A DNA stretch of 63,286 nt, filler included, from Bonamia ostreae (GCA_040357525.1; 53 parts of 53 records of this genome joined end to end with filler, not necessarily neighbours in it); one strand, 5' to 3'. Shown: positions 1 to 13,019, counted from the first letter of the whole stretch. Translations and numbers: made by a program. Notes: generated by a model from the sequence alone, not told the origin.

Positions 1-950
1 AAAATAATATATGCGAGGACAAAACGCCAAGAGGATTTCGAATATATCTGCAACTTTGATTACCCCAAAAGACTTGATATTTTAAATCGAACACCAGGAA
101 CTTCAAAAGTTTACAAGCATGTGCATTTTCAGTTCGTATGCAAATACATTTTTTATAACATATCACCATACCTTAGAAAGCGTTTGCAAATTTTTTCGAG
201 GGATTATCAACTTTATTTTGTATTTGTAAATAACACACGATAGCACTATAAGTTTATTTTCGGTTTTTGTGCAAATAGTGCTCATGCAGTCTTTCAAAAT
301 ACACGGCAAAGTGTGTGGAAAACTTTTGGAGGAATTTTGAGTTCTATTTTGCATTTGAAAATAATATATGCGAGGACAAAACTCCAAGAGGATTTTGAAT
401 GTAAGTAACTTTTATTCCTCCAAAACATTTGGTATATTAAATCGAACACCAAAAACTTCAAACGTTTACAAAGGTGTGCATTTTCAGTTCGTATGTGAAT
501 ACATTTCGTATAACCTTTCGCCATACCTCAGAAAGTGTGTGCAAAACTTTTCGAGGGATCATTAATTTTATTTTGTAATTGTAAATAACACACAATAGCA
601 AATTACATTTGCTTTCGGTTTTTATGGAAATAGTGTTGATGGAATCTTTAAAAATATACGACAAAGTGTGTGGAAAACTTGTGGAGGCATTTTGAGTTCT
701 ATTTTGCATTTGAAAATAATATATGCGAGGACAAAACGCCAAGAGATTTCCAATACCTGCAACTATGATTCCTCCACAACGTTTGGTATTTAGAAACGAA
801 CACAAAGAGCTTCACAAGTTTACAAAGATGTGCATTTTCGGTTTGTACGCAAATACATTTTGTATAACCTTTCGCCATACCTCAGAAAGTGTGTGCAAAA
901 CTTTTCGAGGGATTATCAATTTTATTTTTTATTTATTAATAATACACGAT
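1..950. repeat. Tandem satellite-like repeat, unit about 356 bp, about 2.7 diverged copies
   Basis: AAAATAATATATGCGAGGACAAAAC starts at 1, 358 and 713; the ORFs called here are repeated translations of one unit. Confidence 0.9.
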
Positions 951-1103
951 AGGAGAACAAGGCCGAGGAAGAATTCGGATATTGACAACTTTGATTTCGA
1001 TCTTAATATTTGGGTATATACCCAAAAGAACACTTGCTTAGGAGTTTCGTCAATCATGGATTTGAGAGACACTGCAAAGGGAATATATTTCAACGAGCGG
1101 GAC

Positions 1104-1203
1104 NNNNNNNNNNNNNNNNNNNNNNNNNNNNNNNNNNNNNNNNNNNNTTAATTAATTAANNNNNNNNNNNNNNNNNNNNNNNNNNNNNNNNNNNNNNNNN
1201 NNN
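1104..1203. other. Artificial contig linker (44 N + TTAATTAATTAA + 44 N); first of 52 copies
   Basis: The same 100-bp spacer with stops in all six frames recurs about every 1.2 kb; flanking contig lengths fall monotonically from 1103 to 1089 bp. Confidence 0.99.
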
Positions 1204-1281
1204 ATGCCACATTAAATTTTGTACAGAACATTAAAATCGAAAGGTCTTAAAATTCTAAAAGTTAGCAACATGCAATATAAT

Positions 1282-2152
1282 TTAATGCCATATAATTTTG
1301 AAACATCCGAAAACCTCAAAAATGACTTCAGATTTAACATTTGTTCCACAGGCTATTTCCTGCTCTAAAGCAGAGACGTCCATTAATTTTCTGTTTTTGA
1401 CGGAACGACTAAGTTCCGACAGAATTTTAACGTGGCGAACAACGAGATCTGATTTTTCCAGAATATCTGGAGAGTTCTCGATAAAATGTTCCAGTTGGTC
1501 GATCGAATCCATTTTCTGTGATTTTCTAGCGGAAGAAGAAAAATTTAGCACCAGATTTTTAGCTTTTATTCCTATTTGCGAAAAATTTAAGTCTTTATTT
1601 TTCGCAAAAAAAGGGTCTTCCCTGTCATTGAAGACAAATTGTCTCGTCTTAATTTTTTATAAAAAAACCTTTTGTTTGTCCAAAACGGTTATTTTGTCTT
1701 TAACGATCCCGAAAATCTCATGCACCATCGCTTGGTAGCTCCATGGAAACAACAGCGGAGTCAAAGGATCTATTCTTCTGTCTATAATCAAAACTATTCC
1801 GTCTTTGTTACTATTCGAACTCGATTCGACAGCGGTCGATTTTGAGAGTTCGGATTGAATTTCTGTGGCCAACAACATCGATTCTTCCGAAAAAGCAGAA
1901 TATCGTATTGTTGGCGACATTTCGAATAAACTCAAAGCCGATATTATGGCTTCGACGTCTTTTTCGAAAACAATTGACGGCGGCAGCAGAGAAACGTTGA
2001 AGACGTCGAACGGGTTTTCAGGGAAAGCGTTGGAAACGAACAAATTTGAATTCAGAGGACAGAAGTTCAAGGGGAATGTGTTTGCGGAGAGAACTGTCTC
2101 GTTTACGTCGATTTCTGCTAGTTTTCCCATTATTTGGTCTGAAGGCGTTTTG
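1282..2152 (-). CDS. VPS45: Sec1/Munc18-family protein VPS45, partial and spliced (protist)
   Basis: IIDRRIDPLTPLLFPWSYQAMVHEIFGI and FIENSPD...VVRHVKILSELS...VSALEQEIAC match Vps45. A 21-nt GT-AG intron at 1648-1668 joins the two ORFs in frame. Confidence 0.88.
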
Positions 2153-3348
2153 CTGTAAACTTTTTATCACAAATTTTTTTAGTATCTTTTTTAACGTTTT
2201 TGCACAATATTTTAAACATTTTGTTCATTTTTTTAAAACATTTTGTTCAATTTTTTTTTAAACATTTTGTTCAGTTTTTTTAACGCTTTTGCAAATTTTA
2301 AACATTNNNNNNNNNNNNNNNNNNNNNNNNNNNNNNNNNNNNNNNNNNNNTTAATTAATTAANNNNNNNNNNNNNNNNNNNNNNNNNNNNNNNNNNNNNN
2401 NNNNNNCAATCATGCATATCTCAACAGTCTACCTAACAGATCGAGAACTTTAAAACGTCCTAGCTTTTTACACGGGTGTTTTCTTTTTGTTACCGATACA
2501 AAAGCTAATCTCTCAAACGACTACCTCAGTCGATTCGAATGGTTGATTCTTACTCTCCCTGATAAAAGAAATGATGACAAAAGATGACAAAGAATAAAAG
2601 TGCACATGTAACAATCAGAACAGGGTACACGAAAGGTGAATGATGAATTGGAATGATGAGTATATTTATACAAAGATCAAGGCAGCCAATGGAATAAGTT
2701 CTTTTGATATGTTTTTATGGAAACAAATGTATGTTTTTCGTTATGTAGGCATAATACAGGTTACACTAAAGGAGGACAATGAATTGATTAATATATCAAA
2801 TGATTATAAAATAACCAATCATGTCACTTGTTTTGTTTGTTTCCATGACAATTTAAACTGAAATAAAGTTTGAGACTTTAGATACTAGTGTCATAAATCA
2901 TACAGCAGCCGATTGAGTAACATCGGAAGACAAACTCGGTTGCTATTTTATTCTTTGGAATTTAATCTCTTTGTAAGGTAAGGATTTTAAACATATATTG
3001 AATACTTTCGACAGATATAAAATTGAATACATAAAATAGCGATTCTTAATTTTACACTCAGGTGAAATACCAAATAAATGTGATCTGATCTTTTTTACGT
3101 CAAACTCGCATGTCCTATATGAATTGACAATGATATGAAATTATTGATTACAAATTGCAAAAGTTTACAAATGTCTTTAAATAAACGTATTATTTTTAGT
3201 GTAAGTGATATATATTTATTTAGTGGGACAGACAGAGATGTATATGTCGGACATTTAAACTCCCAGCTAAGTACCTTTTAATACTGTAGGTTAATGATGT
3301 ATTTAAGTAAACATTCAAATCTACAACATATTTCTATTTTAGTAGAGC

Positions 3349-3508
3349 ATGGAATCACACAGATGCGACGTTTGCGGAAAAGGGTTTGCAAGGGAAGACA
3401 ATCTTGCACAGCATAGAAAAAGCACGATCAGTATCAACGTTCAGATTGTCCCCAAGCCTTTGCAACCGCAACTTATTTAGACAAGCATCGACAATATAGG
3501 CATAATCA
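3349..3508 (+). pseudogene. Degenerate tandem C2H2 zinc fingers
   Basis: MESHRCDVCGKGFAREDNLAQHRK, then after a frameshift in an A-run near 3417-3421 KHDQYQRSDCPQAFATATYLDKHRQYRH, where the first Cys codon reads CGT. Confidence 0.65.
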
Positions 3509-3608
3509 NNNNNNNNNNNNNNNNNNNNNNNNNNNNNNNNNNNNNNNNNNNNTTAATTAATTAANNNNNNNNNNNNNNNNNNNNNNNNNNNNNNNNNNNN
3601 NNNNNNNN

Positions 3609-4379
3609 GTATAAGTATGCCAAGGTGTTGGCTTTCCTCGCTCCATTCTTTGCCGATAAACTGTAAGTAAACCAAGAAGTTTCTTCTCGTCTAAGTATAT
3701 GTACATGTATATCGTATGTCCCTAACTGCAGTGATTGCCTTGATGGTTCATTACCAAATTAAAAATAATTGGACATGAGCAAATTACCAAAAGGTCTAAT
3801 AGTATAATTGTCGTTTCCCATTTCAGAACAACGAGCGATTTGGATGAATCCGATGATGAAAATGAGGATGAACTTGGTATGACCGAGGACAACCTTAACA
3901 TGAGTAGACCTGAAACCCCTGAAGAAGCTGCTTTAGAAACATTTGTATCATCAAGGGGAACGTCTAAAAAGGACTCAAAACGTGAAGGAAAACGTTCCCA
4001 AGACGAGGTGGACCAAACCATATGCAATTACTTCAAGAAGGCCTCTGTTCCGGCCAAAGCAGCTGAAAAGCCAGATGACGTGGATTTATTCCTTCAGCCA
4101 ATGGTTGGTACAATCAGGAAGTTGCCAGCTCGCCAGCGGGCTGAAGTGAAGTTCAAAATTCACGAGGTCGTACACAAGGCAGAAATGTCATGCATGTATC
4201 CACCAGCAATCACTCAGCCACCATTTCCTCAAACCTGTTCATCCTATCCATTCGGGCCAACTTTAGATATGCCCCGCCAGCAAAATGCAATGTACGAAGC
4301 AGTAGTGGGTAAACCTACTCATAGCGCCTCTTTGGCCACGTCTTCAGATGTGGATAGTGTGCACTATAGTCAACTGTAG
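3609..4379 (+). CDS. MADF/Myb-SANT plus BESS DNA-binding accessory protein of a PIF/Harbinger transposon, partial
   Basis: Exon 3609-3662 (YKYAKVLAFLAPFF), GT-AG intron 3663-3826, then an exon carrying the BESS-like motif DDVDLFLQPMVGTIRKLPARQRAEVKFKIHEVV. Confidence 0.75.
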
Positions 4380-4483
4380 TTACTGGTTTATTTGCTAATG
4401 TAAATTAAAAAAAATGAAGTAAATTTGATTTATATTGTTCAAGTTTTTTCTTTAAAACGTTACCACATTAACAAAAAGCTTAC

Positions 4484-4709
4484 CTCAAACAGACGGCAAG
4501 TCGTTCTCTTGGTGCAATTGCCTTCCGTAAGTTTGTGTCCTCTATCCGAATGTCATCCTCTATCAGTCCGAGGACGTAGTCGAATTGGCATTCTGTCATC
4601 CTAAAATAATCACCAAATTTTTCTGGGTGGAAATGAAGCTCCTGCACTAGGTGATGATATTCACCATATATACTAGGCCTCTGAAGGATTTCGTGTACAT
4701 ATAAACGCC
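4484..4709 (-). mobile_element. PIF/Harbinger transposase (HARBI1/ALP1-like) N-terminal exon
   Basis: RLYVHEILQRPSIYGEYHHLVQELHFHPEKFGDYFRMTECQFDYVLGLIEDDIRIEDTNLRKAIAPRERLAVCLR, followed by a GTAAGC donor. Missing from the ORF track. Confidence 0.85.
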
Positions 4710-4809
4710 NNNNNNNNNNNNNNNNNNNNNNNNNNNNNNNNNNNNNNNNNNNNTTAATTAATTAANNNNNNNNNNNNNNNNNNNNNNNNNNNNNNNNNNN
4801 NNNNNNNNN

Positions 4810-5564
4810 AATTTAATGTTGTTGACCAGTTTGAATCTAGTGTCGTCGAGTAACTGGCAACTGGCGCAGAGGTACTACAGTCAAACTGGCTTTCTGATGT
4901 AGGACTTAGGGGTATAAAGAGATAGAAAGAGGTGAAAGACAAATTTCTACTATGTTGAAACTGTATTATCGAAATTATTTAAACCTACATTTTGATTCTT
5001 TTTTCTAGTCTTCCTTTTTGTTTTTGAAGTACAAAAGATTTAACTTCATAAAAATCAGTTGGCCAATAGTTTAGTACTTAAACAATATGAAAATGTAATG
5101 ATTAAAGAATTTAAAGAATAGGTATTTAATAAACGTTCAACATATTTTGGTACGTTATATTACACAAAAATTCAATCTTTACCTTATTAATGACTCATTT
5201 TCTTTGGCAATTGTACTTATGTCGTATGGTAGCTTGGAAAGGAAGGTGATGGAATATAACTTCAATAAAGAGAGAAAGAAAAATGTAAAACAAAACGCAT
5301 ATATAGCATTTATTTAATTATTTAGGTTAAAAAAAATCACTAACAAAGGATGTCACCTTTAGCGTCTTCAATAAAAGAGCGATAACTCTTAAATGTCGTT
5401 AATAGATTTCTTTAACTTTTCTACCCCAAAAAGAAATTAGATCAGATTGTTTAATTTTCATTTAACAAAATTACACTCACGGGGTTGGAGACGCCTCCAC
5501 TTCCAACTCTTCCCCCATCTTTTTCCACATTTCCTCAAACGTTTCTGTTAATTCTGTCTCGTCA
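4810..5564 (-). CDS. Two candidate exons of an unknown spliced gene
   Basis: Exon 5481-5564 (DETELTETFEEMWKKMGKELEVEASPTP, GTGAGT donor) is phase-compatible with exon 4810-4904 (PTSESQFDCSTSAPVASYSTT). No family recognised. Confidence 0.3.
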
Positions 5565-6137
5565 CTGTGGTAAAAACGTATAATTGAGCCTCACGAGCAA
5601 TCATATTTTCTTTTAAAAATTATTATTAATCTAAATCATAACATTCTCAGTAAAAGTTATATAAATACAAATTATAGCTATTGTAGTTTGATAATCTTGT
5701 TAATCAACTTTAAGCTTTAAAAAAAAGAGAAAATAAAATTATCTTTAATAAATAAAAAAGTTACCAAAACTTTTCCCAAATAAGAAAGCGAAAAATAAAA
5801 TTAAAATATTCTAAGTAAATAAATCAAAGTTACCGAAACTAAGTACAAGAACTCTCCTAAAAAAAAAATATATTTATATTAAAACATTTATTTTACAGAT
5901 ATTATATTGANNNNNNNNNNNNNNNNNNNNNNNNNNNNNNNNNNNNNNNNNNNNTTAATTAATTAANNNNNNNNNNNNNNNNNNNNNNNNNNNNNNNNNN
6001 NNNNNNNNNNTGTAACCGACAAAATTATTAAATTGCTTTATTAAATTGCTTTTTGTTTCTATAAGGCGATAAATAAAAACAAATTGCGTCTTGTTTTACA
6101 AAATTAGAACGAAAAATTTGTAAAAAGTGTAATCTCT

Positions 6138-7111
6138 TTAATATAGCAACAGATACATCTTCTTTGAAAACCTTTCTTCTATTGTCAAATTTTTATTTTC
6201 GTAAGCTCCAATTTTTTGAACACATTTTTGAATAACATAAACCCCCAACAAATCCGTTGAATCTTCTGATTCCAGTCTCTTTTCTGTTATCAGCAATCTT
6301 CCTAAAAGATATTCGATATCGCACGTCAAATTTGGATATTTCGTGTTGTTTCTGAAAAGCTGTATGAAGCATGACGACGGTATTTCTATAAAATTATTAT
6401 AATCAATTTTGTATTCTGGAGTGAAGTCACAGCAAATGAAAAAAATTATCATTCCTAGTCCCCACGAATCGAATGAATAGTCAATCGCAGTATTGTAATA
6501 TGTCAGTTCCGGAGGTTTTGAAAAAAAAGAAGTAGTAATGTTTTCATCGTTGATTCCAGGTCTTCTGCTCATTCCGAAGTCACAGATTTTTATTATGCCA
6601 TTTTTTGTCAAAAGAACATTTTCTATTTTTAAATCGTAGTGAACAACTTCTAATTTATAATGGAGGTAGTTCAATGCAAGAGATATCACTCCAATTATCA
6701 CTTCTATTTTTAAAATATTTAGACGATAACAGAAATTTAAATTTTCTTGTAAAACCAATGACTTCTTCTGTTAGATCAAAATTCATTTTTAGGTAACTAA
6801 ATTGTTTATAAAAAACTACAAATCTAGTTCGCATCTTTCCATGGCGATAAGGATAAATTTATCTAAAACGAAGACGTGATGCATTTTCACAATATAAGGG
6901 AATCCATCAACTCTCGCGTTCCACAATATATCAATTTCAGTCTTTGAACACAACAAATCTATTTCAGTCTTTAGAATTAATTTGAATGCGTAATGTTGAC
7001 TTTGTTGGTCAGTCGCTTTGTTTTATTTTTAAATAACCTTCGATGATTACTCCGTTTCCGCCTTTCTGGATGATTTTTACAAAATGAAATTCCTTCAAAT
7101 TTTTCTTGTTG
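6138..7111 (-). CDS. Divergent Ser/Thr protein kinase, spliced (protist)
   Basis: Gly loop IQKGGNGVI, YAFK, HYDLKIENVLL, DFG, KPPE and DSWGLG are restored by removing introns 7016-7037 (22 nt), 6797-6816 (20 nt) and 6704-6755 (52 nt). Confidence 0.9.
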
Positions 7112-9220
7112 NNNNNNNNNNNNNNNNNNNNNNNNNNNNNNNNNNNNNNNNNNNNTTAATTAATTAANNNNNNNNNNNNNNNNNNNNNNNNNNNNNNNNN
7201 NNNNNNNNNNNTTATAGGAATTATAAGATTGGTCAATGATATTCATCTTCAGGTAAAACTTTTGCTAACTCTCTCGAAAGTAACTAGACGTGTCCACTCT
7301 ACAAAATTATACATCCGCTCCTGGAATGTATCTCACCTGATATATTTAAAGTACAGAAAAATAAGTAATATAGCAAAAATAATCTTTAATTCGCGATAAA
7401 CAAAATTTTTCATAGAAGTAGTTTACTGTGGGATTTTTTTTTTTGGGGGGGGGGTCGCTATTGTCAATTTGATGTAACCTTGGCGGATGACATTTTAAGG
7501 TTCATTGCTGTCTGAAATGCTTCATACAAATTGTTAGCCACGTTAAATATTGCCTACGTATTACTTCTTTTCTCTGATAAAGATATAGGGTTCACGGCGG
7601 TTATGACCAATCGACAGGGATGATCACTGCAACTACAGCTCTACTTTTGCAGTATTCTTCACTGTTACTGCAGAAAAGGGATAGATAATTCATATTTTCG
7701 AATGAGTTGATAATTGAAATTCCTCTCAATCATTAACAACTTTTTTTTCGTTTTATGGGACTGGTTTTGATTTTAAGAAGCAGTAAATTTAATGTGTTTT
7801 TGTTAGACCATCGCCAATCATTTATGGAGATGTTGTATGATTATATACAAAATACAACTGATTTCCACGATGTGTAAGCATTTTAACAGCACTAGAACCC
7901 CTCTTTATAAATAATCAGATACAGGATGCAAAATGGTATTTGTTTACAAATAAGCATATATCATTCAAAAGTACGACAATAATAGTATCATTTTCATTGT
8001 ATCATGGTTAATACAAACGGTTACTAAATAGTTGACGATTTGCAATCATCTTTTGGGAATCAGTAGACATTTGGAAACAAGTAAATGCCAAATTCCCTCT
8101 AAGAACAGTGATCGATCACATAACTCAAAGAGATAAACTATTCCATATTCCACTTCCATTCTTCACTTTACTTATTTACAATCACGTAACTCTATTAATA
8201 TTCTTAGCTAAACAACAAAGTATTCCACTTCTAACCACTTTCTCGAAAACATATACAAAAACAGACAATAATCATATTGAGTTCATTGATTACGACAAAA
8301 TATGTGTATTTANNNNNNNNNNNNNNNNNNNNNNNNNNNNNNNNNNNNNNNNNNNNTTAATTAATTAANNNNNNNNNNNNNNNNNNNNNNNNNNNNNNNN
8401 NNNNNNNNNNNNTAGCTCATTAGCGAGGCAGTATAATTTTCCCATTTATTGTCCGCTACATTATTGTGGGTCATCTACTCTACGACTTTTCCAAGTATAA
8501 GGGAAATTCATTTTCAAGTATTTTTTCTATCACTGTCCTGTTTACCGTCACGAAAGATGTAGGTCACTTGAAAGGAATACATGATCCCACTAAGAAATTA
8601 TTACGCAAATTACTGTCAGTTTATCTCTATGCGACAGGGAATCATAGATAAAAACAATCCTGTTGTACAAATACAACGTCTATCTTTGGTAATGAGGTCG
8701 CTTGAACGACGATAAGTCCTTATACCTGTACATTGCACGTACGCACTAAATTGAATTATGTATAGGACATAAACTTCAAGAGAAAGTGAGTTAATTCTTG
8801 TTCATGCTTCCTGGTGAGGGCAACAAGGTGAGTTACTGTATACGTTAAAGCTTGCTCACATCTACACGTAATTTAATTTGTCGAAATGAACACCAAATAC
8901 CTTCACATGTGTTGAACTTATAATAACAGTGTCTTTACATGTAGGGTTTTAAGAATATTTCAGACTTATATAATGTTTACGTGAAAATATAATAAAATTA
9001 GTTTTATTGTAAATATCTTGATCACAACGCTATCGTGGAAAGAGATAATTAAAAGTTTGGGTGATTGTAGACGTTTTGTAAGTTATGTTGCATTTCAAAA
9101 TCCATGTCATGCTTTTTTTTTTCGGGAAGAACTTTATTTATCGTTTTGTGATACACATATATGGTTGGCTGTTGAACCCCTTTGTAACATCAACTTATAT
9201 ACCTAACGATGTATATCAAT

Positions 9221-9513
9221 GAAATTAAGACTTAAGGAAAATACCACGATTTGTACATGGAGACAATCGTGCATTTTCTGGCAAACATGTTTGAAGGTTT
9301 TCAAGGTTTCTGCCTTGAAATGTATGCTATGACTCCACGTGACACCGGAATTAGTTAGGCAGGTTGCTATTTTAAAAAATGACGGTGTAGAGCTCGAGTT
9401 GGTAACCGATCCAGATATGCATCGTTTTGTGGAAAGGGAGCTCATAGGAGTATTCCTATGATTTCACAAAATATGTCAAAGCCAACAATCCTTATCTGAA
9501 GAACCAAGGTATT
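9221..9513 (+). pseudogene. Decayed protein-primed DNA polymerase B of a Polinton/Maverick-type element
   Basis: Across stops and frameshifts: IKT*GKYHDLYMETIVHFLANMFEGFQGFCLEMY, GVELELVTDPDMHRFVE and KYVKANNPYL, matching pPolB motifs GEYHDLYLKTDV, LELLTDxDMHLFIE and YAKANNPY. Confidence 0.8.
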
Positions 9514-9613
9514 NNNNNNNNNNNNNNNNNNNNNNNNNNNNNNNNNNNNNNNNNNNNTTAATTAATTAANNNNNNNNNNNNNNNNNNNNNNNNNNNNNNN
9601 NNNNNNNNNNNNN

Positions 9614-10714
9614 TTAAACGTCTTTCCTAATGAATATTGTTTTGTAAATTGACGTACATCCCTATTAAATCCTTTCGTTAACCTCATCTTAATAAATGGA
9701 GAATCTAATAGATATTTAAAATCTTTAGCTGCACTTTTGGGATCAGTAGTAAGTAACGCAATCTCTTTAATATATTTATAAGTATTTACATTAGCTGCAT
9801 AAGCAGGGAATGAGGTTAACTGTGTCACAATAAGCTTTGGATTTATTCCTAATGAAGCACCTACAGCATTAGTCCAAAGCCTATCAATAAGTTTATCAGA
9901 TAGCATTCTTTCTATGTTAGTTCCATCACTAGCTATATCATTAAGATGTTTTGTTAATAGACTATATAAGTTTGTTCCTTTTTGCTGTTTAATAGCTCCA
10001 GCTACTTTTGGATTAGAAAGGATACTATTTATATCCTGTATTGTCTTACCGAAAGAGGCAAAGAATAACATTTGATCTTTATAATCAGATACCTTTTTAG
10101 TGGTACCTTCTTTCAATCCTATCTCACTATTATGTATTCTTTTAGCAATAGCATTTCTTCCAAGAACATTAGAATTAGAATTATAATCATCTGAATTTAA
10201 AGCGTCTTGTTTATTCCCAATAATAACATCTGGAGAATATCCCTCACTATAAGGCATATCAGTGTAGTACATCTGTTGATATGTAGGATTAATTTCTCCA
10301 TAAGCCCAGGAATAAAATTTAGATATATCTTCAGCATATTCTAATAGACTAGGGTTATCACTAACGATCTCATTGATATGATTCATAAGTTTATTTACTG
10401 ATGCTTCTGTGTATTTATTGTTTTTCATCATCCTGTTCTCGAAATCAGGATTTAAACTCATAACATATAAATCACATATTTGGTCTAATGACATCTCTTC
10501 TAAATCAGTATCCTTTTCTGTCTTACCCTCTATAGTCTTTTCAAGTATTATTCCATTATCTTTAGTCTCTTCATGAAATTTATCACCATACTCATCTATT
10601 ACTTTTTCATGTGCTCTATCAATTTTCCCATTAGCTGTAACCATCAATTTCTCATAGTTCCGTCTTGCAATCCTAATGGGTTTTACTAAAGCATCTTTCA
10701 TTACTTGCAAAGCT
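9614..10714 (-). CDS. Internal fragment of a large phage-like protein (possible virion-internal or polyvalent protein)
   Basis: Intron-free frame open across the whole contig, with prokaryote-like composition. SLGINPKLIVTQLTSFPAY resembles segments of giant phage virion proteins; function not established. Confidence 0.5.
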
Positions 10715-10890
10715 NNNNNNNNNNNNNNNNNNNNNNNNNNNNNNNNNNNNNNNNNNNNTTAATTAATTAANNNNNNNNNNNNNNNNNNNNNNNNNNNNNN
10801 NNNNNNNNNNNNNNATTTCTAATATTTGCTAATTCGCTTTTTTGTCAACTTTTTGTAAATTTTCGTATATTTCTGAAAGAACTCCAATAG

Positions 10891-11915
10891 GTTTTGTTGT
10901 CGGCTACACAAACCAAAAAAACAAAAGATTTGGCAAAATTATCGTTCAAGAAAACGCAGTTTTACGTTGGCGTTGACGACAAAGAAACGCATTCAACGAG
11001 ATTGGGTCTCGAACAGGTTTTTAGTCCAAACTGAAATTTGTACCAAACTTAATTTTTTTGCTTTTTCAAATTTTTTTCATTGCCAAATATCAAATATTTC
11101 TGTTTCGACTTTTTTGTCAAATTCTTTAAAATGTTTTCTGTTTGTCTTTTCTTGTAAACAATTTGGTCAATTAAGGGATTTGTGATAGTGGAACCAGAGA
11201 AGAAGTTTCTGTTGCTTTATTCTTTTCTTCGGCGTAACAGAAGAAAGAAAACAATTGTTTTTCTGTCAACTTGCAGTTCGACGCGTTTTTTTGCAGAATT
11301 GCTAAACTACATTGATATTCCCGTTCTCGAACTTCATGTTTGACAACATTTTTGAAAACATTTTGTCACAAAATTTCAAAGACATTTTTGAAAACATTTT
11401 GTCCAAAATTCCGAAAACATTTTTAAACAACTAAAATTTCGCTTTTTCAAAAAGGGCAAATTGAAGCAAAGCAAAAGAACCAGCACGTTTTTTGAATTTT
11501 GCAACGCCAAAAATGGCTGTTTGTTGGCGACTGATGTGGCCGCGAGAGGATTGGATGTTCCAGAAGTAGATTGGATCATCCAATATGATCCTCCAGACGA
11601 CCCAAAAGTTTTCTTTCAAAATATTAAATTTTAGTCTTATATTCATCGAGTCGGAAGAACAGCGAGAGGTCTTAACGGTCGAGGAAAAGTTTTTAACAAT
11701 TGATTTCTTTTACAAAAACGAAAAAAAATTTGAAAAAAACTAAATTTGGAGACTAAATTAATAAAACGGTTTAAAATTTAGGCGTTGATATTTTTGCAAC
11801 CGACGGAAACAAAATTTCTTCAAATGTTGTCGGAAAATAAAGTGCCGATGAAAGAATTCAATTTCCCTAAAAACAAAATTTCAGATGTTCAATCGCAACT
11901 CGAATCTTTAATTGA
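10891..11915 (+). CDS. HAS1: DEAD-box RNA helicase HAS1/DDX18, partial and spliced (protist)
   Basis: [64 protein letters not shown] and ISDVQSQLE. Introns 11017-11175, 11338-11454, 11608-11634 and 11689-11781. Confidence 0.95.
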
Positions 11916-12673
11916 NNNNNNNNNNNNNNNNNNNNNNNNNNNNNNNNNNNNNNNNNNNNTTAATTAATTAANNNNNNNNNNNNNNNNNNNNNNNNNNNNN
12001 NNNNNNNNNNNNNNNTGTGTTATGTTGTTTATATTACTGATCTTCGATTTTAAAGAAAATGTGAACTATGTCACTATGTAAATTGAAAGCTGTCTCCATC
12101 TAAACTTTATTATGTTTTAAAATATCGGTAATTGCATTTCAACTACAAGGTAGAACTGAGTACTGACTTAATTTGTCAATCAACTAACGTGTTATCAACA
12201 ACTTTTTTTTTTTGGATATCTATAGAATTTGTAAAGTATTCGGAAGTGATCGATTTTATTTAAACCCTTAAACCTGTGTGTATGGGGATACCCTTTTGAT
12301 CATGTTTTCTTGTTACGCCTTTGTTACTATGCATTATTACGCCTCTGTTTTGAGTTGTTACGCCATTCATTTGCATTATTATGCCTTTACTTCGCGTTAT
12401 TTTCTTAATGATCCTAATCGGCTTTCATGCTTTTGTTTTCAGACATTGACGATGACTTCGTATGTAACTGCAATGAGGGAATTAAGACCCAACTACTTGA
12501 GAAGAAGTATTCATTAGTTGTTGAAAATGTCCCCCACGCAACACCAGACATTGAATTGTCTGACATTGATGATTCTATACCGCCGGTTAAAGAATATGTC
12601 CTTCTTTCTTAAGGTCTTTTTTTCTTCCCTCTTTGAATCTCTATATTGTATTAATTCATGTCTTAATTTACAG

Positions 12674-13019
12674 TTTGTAATTGGGAAAAAGAAGAGGAAC
12701 CCCCGCCCTGTGGTGGAAGATAATTATCGAGTGGACATCATAGGAATGATGGCTCTCCTTGATGCCCCTCAATATGCCGGAGAGTGGCCTCAAATAGGCC
12801 AGGTGGTATCAGTGGACACAGATAGTGTCGACGTCCATTGGTACCGTGGTAGCAAATTATCCTCCTGGAAGCCATGTAAAAAAAAGTTTAAGAGGTTCAA
12901 AAGGACGTAAAGAAAACTGGATTGAAAATGTCCAAGCCTCTTCCATCGTTGCTACATTTAAATTAACTCCATCAGGGAATTTGCCGAAGAATATAAGGGA
13001 AACAATTGATAATTATTAA
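12674..13019 (+). pseudogene. Terminal exon encoding a Tudor/PWWP-like domain, frameshifted (host, probably transposon-associated)
   Basis: YAGEWPQIGQVVSVDTDSVDVHWYRGSKLSSWKPC continues as GRKENWIENVQASSIVATFKLTPSGNLP after a shift in the A8 run at 12878-12885. Confidence 0.4.

Noticed and set aside
163-1103. Five ORFs in the first contig
   Set aside because: They are chance frames in a 356-bp satellite and are not preserved between copies.
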